Positions 23,283-30,329 of a stretch of 32,000 bases of DNA are shown piece after piece. The first letter of the stretch is position 1. The number at the start of each line of letters is the position of its first letter. The stretch comes from Bordetella parapertussis (lineage in GTDB: Bacteria; Pseudomonadota; Gammaproteobacteria; Burkholderiales; SG8-39), in NCBI GenBank assembly GCA_945862265.1, contig CAMAXP010000033.1:16344-48343 (forward strand). The letters run 5' to 3'. Under the pieces are notes generated by a model. That model was given only the letters and a program-made list of their open reading frames with translations, was not told where the DNA came from and did no database searches. A program made the position numbers and the translations under genes.

Positions 23283-24407
23283 TTAGATCTCCTAGTAATC
23301 AAAGACTTGCTATGTATTTAGTGTGAACCCTTTGATTCGATCGGAGAAGCCTCAAGGCGAAAAATATGTTCCTTCCGTTTATCAATGGCTTACAGATATA
23401 CCAAATATATTATGTAGGAGCTTTGGTATTCAGCTCGAATCGCGCTGAGACGAATCCACATCTGAATTGATCTCAGACTACAGATCCACGCGTTGCGTTG
23501 GTCCTGTGCGGTCCTGAGCAGTTCTAGGGCGCAGCGTGATTGCTCGCAAGTCAGTCGATCTGAAGTGCAGATGCAAATAGTTCTTGGGTAGGGCAGAACG
23601 GAGTAGCTGACTTCGACTTGAGCCCATAGCTCTGTGCAGAATTAAATGCTTTTTCTACTACAGCGTTCATCATTCTTGAACTGAGCGCTTCGCACTCAGT
23701 AGCTGCTGCGAAAACTACGTTTTCTTGCAGCTTTCTTTTCAATCATTCTTTCCTAGACTCGGAATCTATGGGTTTGTAATTGGCTGAAACTATGTGTCTT
23801 AGAACTTCTTACCCCATTTGCAAGATTCGACCCACACTGAGCCTTAAGCAACAAGGCCCAATAAGTGGAAGATTTATTTGCTGAGTTCTTACCACGAGCA
23901 CTTCAGCACAACCTCAAGTAGAACAAGGTGAAGGGCAGTTTCGCTATCTCCTTTTACGTGCTGCTGATGAAACGCAACTATCTTGCAGTAGCCGAAGTGC
24001 CAACCACTGCAAAGTCGCAAGTTGCTGTGTGAGCATTTCTTGCTTATGACGCACAGCTGTACAAGCTGTCATCTTCGCGCCTAGATATTTCCCCTTGCAT
24101 CAGTTCGATGGCGATCTCGAACAGCGTCCAATACTGCAGATAGTGATTGCAAGTCTTCGCCACTACTCGAAGTTTCCATCCCTGTGAACATCAATGACCA
24201 GGTCTAGGGCATCAAATCAACTGCGTGATGCGGCGCGTTTATTAGTGGAAAGCAATGGCGCCCAACTGATGATCTAGTCTGCGTCACAGTTATTTATGCC
24301 TAACCAAAGAGAAGGAATAAAAAAGCAAAGCTATTTGGCGATGAACGGATAGGAATGAATTGGGCATGGCAATACAGTGAATGCACTCAAACAAAAGGAG
24401 ATTGACC

Positions 24408-24848
24408 ATGAGTGCATTGAATAGCTTGAAGCTTGTCGCAGCAGTACGTATCAACGTGATGTCGCCTGTCCAATTTCGCAGAAACAAGCTCGCTGCGAAG
24501 CTCGCAGATCAAATCGAACTAGCTAAGGCGATGAAAGAGGGCAAGACGTACGTGGCTACACGAGTGCGTAACGTGAAGGATCGAATCACGGGCGAAGTGA
24601 CGAGCGTCGAGCAGACGCGTAAAGTGCGTCCGTGGTGGTTTCGTGCTGAGAGCGGTAAGACTTGCGTTCAGCTCAAATACGGAACAAAAGTACTCGACTT
24701 CGCTAAGGGCAAGAATTCAGTTGAAGTCGCTAACGAGACTGAGTTGATCTCAGTCTTGGAGACGCTGAAGAAAGCATGCGAAATGGGCGAGCTTGACGCT
24801 CAGATGGCTACTGCGAGTGAGGCAGTGAAGGATCGATTTAATAAGTAA
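24408..24848 (+). CDS. Hypothetical protein (146 aa) heading the type III R-M gene block
   Basis: The ATG at 24408 follows SD AAGGAG (24395-24400) and begins MSALNSLKLVAAVR. It contains RKVRPWWFRAESGKTCVQLKYG and MGELDAQ. It resembles a conserved proteobacterial family of unknown function that I cannot name with confidence. Confidence 0.65.
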   Translation: MSALNSLKLVAAVRINVMSPVQFRRNKLAAKLADQIELAKAMKEGKTYVATRVRNVKDRITGEVTSVEQTRKVRPWWFRAESGKTCVQLKYGTKVLDFAKGKNSVEVANETELISVLETLKKACEMGELDAQMATASEAVKDRFNK

Positions 24849-24915
24849 AGTTTGCCAGAACTAATCCGTTGTCGAAGCACTGTTCATACATAAAAATGAT
24901 CGAGGAGCTAAAAGA

Positions 24916-24942
24916 ATGAGCAACCTAAGGACTAAAGAATGA
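24916..24942 (+). CDS. 8-codon leader mini-ORF (MSNLRTKE) coupled to the mod start
   Basis: Strong SD GAGGAG (24902-24907) lies 8 nt before the ATG at 24916. Its TGA (24940-24942) overlaps the mod ATG (24939-24941). mod itself has no SD. Confidence 0.3.
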   Translation: MSNLRTKE

Positions 24943-27083
24943 AGCTCACAGACAACGAAATACGTGACATTACTAAACTTCTAGAGGAGGGTAAGACTCT
25001 TCCTGATAAGTACCGCTTTATGTTGTTCGGAGACGAGCGGGAAATTGAACTCGTATGGAATGGAAAGTCTCAAGAAGTCACTAATGTAGTTATGCCCTTC
25101 CAGACTATTGAGCATGTTGATGAGCCTAGAGCTGAAGTTGACATGCGTATCCAACCAGAACTTTTTGACTTGGAAACTGGGCGACAACTGAAAGGTTGGA
25201 CAAATAAACTGATTTGGGGTGACAACAAGTTTGTATTGTCTTCGCTTAAGAGTGGTCCACTTCGTGATGAGATTGAAGCAAATGGTGGAATCAAATTAAT
25301 CTATATTGATCCACCATTTGATGTTGGTGCTGATTTCACGATGGAAGTCGAAATCGGTGATGAAAAGCTTTCAAAAGAGCCCAATGTATTAGAGGAAATA
25401 GCCTATAGAGATACATGGGGCAAAGGTACTGATTCATTTCTTTCAATGATTTATGAGCGCCTAATATTAATGCGAGATTTATTAGCAAAAGACGGAAGCA
25501 TTTATGTTCATTGCGACTGGCGTGTTACAGCAGTAATGCGACAAGTTCTCGATGAAGTTTTTGGACAATCTAATTTGATAAATGAAATAATATGGTATTT
25601 CAGCCAGGGCGGAAAAGGGACATCATATTTTGGTAAAAAACATAACACTATTTGGTTGTACGGAAAGAATGAAAATCCATTTTTCAATGAAAGTGCAGTT
25701 AGATTACCATTTACACCGCATAAACAAGATTCTTCAGGGAAAAATTATGGTGGCAGGATGGGAGCTGACGAAAATGGAAGGCAGTATGTCGAAAAATGGG
25801 GAACGGGGAAAAAGAAATTATATCGATACTATTTGGATGAGGGCAAGCTACCTGAAGATGTATGGACAGATATTCAATCAATACAATCTGCAGCCATTGA
25901 AAGAGTTGACTACCCAACACAAAAGCCTGAACCTCTTCTAGAGAGAATTATCAAGGCGAGCAGCAATCAAGGTGATTTGGTGGCTGATTTTTTCTGCGGA
26001 AGTGGAACTACTGCGGCTGTAGCAGAAAAGTTGGGAAGAAAATGGATTACATCAGACTTGGGAAAGTTCTCAATTCATACGGCTAGAAAGCGATTGATAA
26101 ATGTCCAAAGAGAGCTAAAAGCCGAGGCTAAAGATTTCCGTGCATTTGAAATTCTTAACCTTGGCAAATATGAACGGCAATTCTTCGTTTCTGGCTTGGA
26201 TGACCTTGATGCAAAGTCAAATTCTCAAATTGAACGAAACAAAGAACTTGCTTTCAACACTCTGATTCTCAATGCATACAAAGCAGAGCCTGTCTCGGGA
26301 TTTAGAACTTTTCGTGGCAAAAAGCAGAACCGAATTGTCGCTATTGGTCCAGTAAATTTGCCAGTCTCAAGACTCTTCGCAGAGCAAGTAGTCGCCGAAT
26401 GTGTCGAGAAGGGGGTAACGAAGGTTGACTTGGTTGCTTTTGAATTCGAGATGGGACTGTTCCCAAGCATTCAGGATGATGCTTCCTCTAGAGGGGTCGA
26501 CTTAGTTCTGAAGCACATTCCAAAAGAAGTCTTTGACAAGAGAGCAATAGATAGAGGTGAAGCACGGTTTCACGATGTTGCATACATTGAAGTCAAGGCG
26601 CATTTCAACGGTCTATCACTCGCAGTCGAACTAACAAATTACTCAGTCTTTTATACACAGGGAATCACCTCCATCACTGAAGAAAATCTCAAAAACGGTG
26701 GTAGTCAAGTTGTAGTTGAAAACGGGCAAGTCATAAAAATCAGCAAAGACAAAGACGGCTTGGTCAACAAGCGTGAACTGCTTACGAAGAATTGGCACGA
26801 CTGGATTGACTACTGGTCAATCGATTTCGACTTCACCAATCGAAAAGAGACTGTTCGCATCAAGGACAAGAAGACTGGTGAAGACAAGGACACTTGGACA
26901 GGCGATTTCATATTTGAAAATGAATGGCAATCTTTCAGAACTCGGCAAGACCGAACAATTGAGTTGAAGTCAATTTTCAAAGAACTACCCCCAGGCAAGC
27001 GCAAAGTCGCAATCAAAGTCGTTGACATTTTTGGCAATGACACGATGAAAGTCATTACAGTCACTATTGGGGAGAAGCGGTAA
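24939..27083 (+). CDS. mod: Type III restriction-modification methyltransferase (beta-class N6A/N4C MTase)
   Basis: 714 aa. Motif IV LIYIDPPFDVG (aa 121-130) precedes YPTQKPEPLLERII and motif I ADFFCGSGTTAAVAEKLGRKWI (aa 349-370). The stop overlaps the res start. Confidence 0.88.
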   Translation: MKLTDNEIRDITKLLEEGKTLPDKYRFMLFGDEREIELVWNGKSQEVTNVVMPFQTIEHVDEPRAEVDMRIQPELFDLETGRQLKGWTNKLIWGDNKFVLSSLKSGPLRDEIEANGGIKLIYIDPPFDVGADFTMEVEIGDEKLSKEPNVLEEIAYRDTWGKGTDSFLSMIYERLILMRDLLAKDGSIYVHCDWRVTAVMRQVLDEVFGQSNLINEIIWYFSQGGKGTSYFGKKHNTIWLYGKNENPFFNESAVRLPFTPHKQDSSGKNYGGRMGADENGRQYVEKWGTGKKKLYRYYLDEGKLPEDVWTDIQSIQSAAIERVDYPTQKPEPLLERIIKASSNQGDLVADFFCGSGTTAAVAEKLGRKWITSDLGKFSIHTARKRLINVQRELKAEAKDFRAFEILNLGKYERQFFVSGLDDLDAKSNSQIERNKELAFNTLILNAYKAEPVSGFRTFRGKKQNRIVAIGPVNLPVSRLFAEQVVAECVEKGVTKVDLVAFEFEMGLFPSIQDDASSRGVDLVLKHIPKEVFDKRAIDRGEARFHDVAYIEVKAHFNGLSLAVELTNYSVFYTQGITSITEENLKNGGSQVVVENGQVIKISKDKDGLVNKRELLTKNWHDWIDYWSIDFDFTNRKETVRIKDKKTGEDKDTWTGDFIFENEWQSFRTRQDRTIELKSIFKELPPGKRKVAIKVVDIFGNDTMKVITVTIGEKR

Positions 27084-29794
27084 TGGCAATTCATCCGAAC
27101 TTTCCCCTGTCTCCTCACGAAATTCTCACCCCAGATGTGAGATGGTTTCCAGCAGATGAATCGTTGCGTGAGTCTTCATTTGAAAAATTGCTCCCTCCGC
27201 TTGTGCATGAATTACGTAGGCGTGTCTTTGACTGGAGAAATAGAAATTACGAAGGTGTCAGCGCAACAACAAAGTCATTACTGACATGGTGGTTTGACAC
27301 TTCTCATCCGATGCCACAAGCGGACGGAACAATTGGTAATTTCCAATACTACTTTGCACAAAGAGAGTCAGTTGAAACAGTCATCTTCTTGCATGAAATC
27401 ATTCAAGTAGCAGACAAGCAAGATTTGCTTCGATTTGATACTAGAGGTGTTGTAACTCCAAGACTCATAGAAGAGACTTGGAGAAGGTATGTCATCAAGA
27501 TGGCAACTGGTAGTGGCAAAACAAAAACAATGAGTTTGCTACTCGCTTGGTCGTTCTTCCACAAGAAGTATGAAGAAGGTTCAGACCTTTCTAAAAACTT
27601 CTTGTTAATTACTCCAAACATCATTGTTCTTGACAGGATTAGAAAAGACTTTGATGGGCTTAAGATTTTTGAAGAAGATCCAGTCGTACCAGACAACGGA
27701 TTTGATGGTAGAGAATGGAAGTCAGACTTTCAATTGACACTTCACATTCAAGATGAAGTTGGACCAATCTCACCTACAGGGAACATTTTTCTTACGAATA
27801 TTCATCGTGTCTACGACGATAAAAGCGTTCTTCCAACTGAGAATGACGAAAATAGTATGGACTATTATTTTGGTAACAAGCCAAAAGGAAAAACAAACGA
27901 CTCATCGGTAGACTTAGGAAAAATAATTCGTGATATCGATGAACTGGTTGTAATCAACGATGAAGCCCATCACATCCACGATAGTAAGCTGGCGTGGTTC
28001 AAGTCTATTGGTGACATTCATAACAAGTTGAAACAAAAAGGGTCACAACTATCGTTACAAATTGACGTTACAGCAACTCCTAAACACTCTAATGGAGCAA
28101 TATTTGTTCAGACAATTGCTGACTACCCACTCGTAGAGGCGATTCGCCAAAACGTAGTTAAGCATCCTGTCTTACCTGATCCACCAAGTCGAGCCAAGTT
28201 AAATGAAAAGCAGAGTTCGGTTTATACAGAGAAGTATTCTGATTACATCAATCTAGGGGTGACTGAGTGGCGTAAGGTTTATCCAGAGCATGAAAAGCTC
28301 GGGAAGAAAGCTGTGCTGTTCATCATGACGGACGACACAAAGAACTGCGATGCTGTTGCGGAATACCTTGAGCAGACATTTCCTGAACTGAAAGGTGCTG
28401 TCCTAACGATTCACACTAATAAAAATGGTGAAATTGACGATAACCCTTCGTCTAAAGCATCAAAAGAGGAATTAACTTTGCTCAGAGATCAAGCAAACAA
28501 GATTGATTCCTTCTCCAGCCCATACAAAGCAGTAGTGTCAGTTCTCATGCTTAAGGAGGGTTGGGACGTTAGAAATGTTACGACCATTGTTGGACTTCGA
28601 GCATTTGCTTCTCAAGCAAAGATCCTTCCTGAACAAACGCTTGGTCGAGGTCTTAGGAGAATGTATCCAAGTTCAGAAGCCGAAGAATATGTGAGTGTGG
28701 TTGGTACGCAAGCATTCATGGACTTTGTTGAAACAATTCAAACAGAGGGCGTTGAACTTGAGAAGCGTCCGATGGGTGCTGGTACTAAAGCAATAGGTCC
28801 CATGATTATTGAGGTCGACGACGCAGATGATGACAAAGATTTAGACGAACTAGACATTGAGATTCCAGTTCTTTCGCCACGTAGCATACGAGAGTACAAG
28901 AATCTTGATGAACTTGACCTAGACACATTTGAGTTTGAGGTCTGTGAGTATCGTGAATTCACTGAAGAAGAGCAGCGACAGATTGTCTTTAGAGACATAA
29001 CAACAAATGAAATAACTCACACAACAATGCTGGAAGGCGCATTTGCTAGTGATTATCGAAGCGTAATTGGACACTTTGCCCAAGCTGTCTTGAAAGACTT
29101 GCGACTCTATGCGGCTTACGACCTGCTTTACCCAAAGATTCAAGAATTTGTAGAGTACAAGTTATTTGGTCAAAAAGTTACCTTAGAAGACGCCAACACT
29201 ATTCGAAATCTTTCAGAGCCTAACGCATCAAGAGCAATTTTCGATGTGTTTAAAAAAGCTATCAATAATTTGACTGTCCGTGATGTTGGTAACGCAGAGA
29301 TAAGAGACACGATCAAGATTAGAAACATGCGTCCTTTTGTTGTTAAGGATCAGAAGAATCTTCCAGCAAAGAAGTCTGTCTTCAACAAGATTGTTGGTGA
29401 TAGTGTTCTTGAACTTCGCTTCGCGCAGTTCTTAGAAAAGTGCCCAGACGTTGTTTCTTACGCCAAGAACTACTTCGCATTGAACTTCAAGATTGACTAT
29501 GTCGATGCGACTGGGAATATTGCAAACTACTATCCTGACTTTATTGTTAAATTGTCTGGAACTGAAGTCTATGTAATTGAAACTAAGGGTCTCGAAGACT
29601 TAGATGATCCATTGAAAGTCAGGCGCTTAAAACAGTGGTGTGAAGATGTCAACGCGACTCACAGTAACGTCAAGTTTGACTTTGTATATGTTGATCAGGA
29701 CGCGTTTGACATGTTTACAGAAGAGGGTGGTAAGTTGAAAGGGCAACTTAACTCATTCTCTGACTTGGTTAAATTTTTCACTGCTTACAAGTAG
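27083..29794 (+). CDS. res: Type III restriction enzyme Res subunit (SF2 helicase plus C-terminal PD-(D/E)xK nuclease)
   Basis: 903 aa. Walker A KMATGSGKTKT, DEAH box VINDEAHHIH, helicase C-terminal block MLKEGWDVRNVTTIVGLR, and nuclease motif YYPDFIVKL...VYVIETKG. The start overlaps the mod stop as TAATG, and SD GGGGAG lies upstream. Confidence 0.9.
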   Translation: MAIHPNFPLSPHEILTPDVRWFPADESLRESSFEKLLPPLVHELRRRVFDWRNRNYEGVSATTKSLLTWWFDTSHPMPQADGTIGNFQYYFAQRESVETVIFLHEIIQVADKQDLLRFDTRGVVTPRLIEETWRRYVIKMATGSGKTKTMSLLLAWSFFHKKYEEGSDLSKNFLLITPNIIVLDRIRKDFDGLKIFEEDPVVPDNGFDGREWKSDFQLTLHIQDEVGPISPTGNIFLTNIHRVYDDKSVLPTENDENSMDYYFGNKPKGKTNDSSVDLGKIIRDIDELVVINDEAHHIHDSKLAWFKSIGDIHNKLKQKGSQLSLQIDVTATPKHSNGAIFVQTIADYPLVEAIRQNVVKHPVLPDPPSRAKLNEKQSSVYTEKYSDYINLGVTEWRKVYPEHEKLGKKAVLFIMTDDTKNCDAVAEYLEQTFPELKGAVLTIHTNKNGEIDDNPSSKASKEELTLLRDQANKIDSFSSPYKAVVSVLMLKEGWDVRNVTTIVGLRAFASQAKILPEQTLGRGLRRMYPSSEAEEYVSVVGTQAFMDFVETIQTEGVELEKRPMGAGTKAIGPMIIEVDDADDDKDLDELDIEIPVLSPRSIREYKNLDELDLDTFEFEVCEYREFTEEEQRQIVFRDITTNEITHTTMLEGAFASDYRSVIGHFAQAVLKDLRLYAAYDLLYPKIQEFVEYKLFGQKVTLEDANTIRNLSEPNASRAIFDVFKKAINNLTVRDVGNAEIRDTIKIRNMRPFVVKDQKNLPAKKSVFNKIVGDSVLELRFAQFLEKCPDVVSYAKNYFALNFKIDYVDATGNIANYYPDFIVKLSGTEVYVIETKGLEDLDDPLKVRRLKQWCEDVNATHSNVKFDFVYVDQDAFDMFTEEGGKLKGQLNSFSDLVKFFTAYK

Positions 29795-29861
29795 CGTATT
29801 AATTATTAAAAATGCAAATCATCTGAAAGAGAGAAATAAAGAAAGAAAGCTAAATACTCAC

Positions 29862-30221
29862 ATGCGAATCGACGAAGTAGCGGGACTGAAGACTTTCATT
29901 GCAACGGTGAGGGTCAAGAATGGCTCAAACGTAACAACGACTAAGACACCAATTCAAGCAGATGGGCAGATGCAAGCTCGTGCCATCATGACGCGCATCT
30001 TTGGGGAAGGAAACGTGCTTGCAGTGCTTGAGACTTCTCAGATCGCTGAGATGGAAGGAGGCACGAAGACGCTATCTGCAGCGGAATTGCGCGTTAAGTC
30101 TCTTGCTGACCAAGCAAAAAAACTTCAGGCGCAAAAAAAGCAAGAGGTCGCAAGGCAGTCATTGGACAAGGCACAGAAGAGAATGGCTGCGGCAAATCGT
30201 CCAAAGAAAACCGCACTGTAA
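29862..30221 (+). CDS. Hypothetical protein (119 aa) with a Lys/Gln-rich C-terminal tail
   Basis: ORF between res and the serine recombinase. It has no clear SD. N-terminal block KTFIATVRVKNGSNVTTTKTPIQADGQMQARAIMTRIFGEGNV is followed by a charged helix-like tail. Confidence 0.4.
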   Translation: MRIDEVAGLKTFIATVRVKNGSNVTTTKTPIQADGQMQARAIMTRIFGEGNVLAVLETSQIAEMEGGTKTLSAAELRVKSLADQAKKLQAQKKQEVARQSLDKAQKRMAAANRPKKTAL

Positions 30222-30329
30222 GCGCCATTTTCCATAGCAGGAGGCTAGGAAAAGAACGTCTTCGGCTATACAGTTGCACTCAGTCGAACTTCATTTTCTT
30301 CGTTGAACTGAGTAACTATAAAAGTATAG

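Noticed and set aside
23551-23742. 63-aa minus-strand ORF (TTG start) and the 65-aa ORF at 24290-24487 in the ORF-poor region.
   Set aside because: Both are short and have no recognisable motif, and the first has a non-ATG start. The second overlaps the well-supported 24408 gene start and its SD on the opposite strand. They are retained only as part of the discussion of the 1.1-kb gap.
23384-24352. Possible fimS-like inverted repeats TCCGTTTATC / GATGAACGGA flanking about 950 bp.
   Set aside because: Only 9 of 10 positions match over 10 bp, which is easily expected by chance in about 1.1 kb. It is mentioned as the best candidate but is not good enough to call an invertible element.
24939-27083. 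Simple-sequence-repeat phase variation in mod (a phasevarion).
   Set aside because: No tetra/pentanucleotide repeat tract or long homopolymer was seen in or just upstream of the mod coding sequence.
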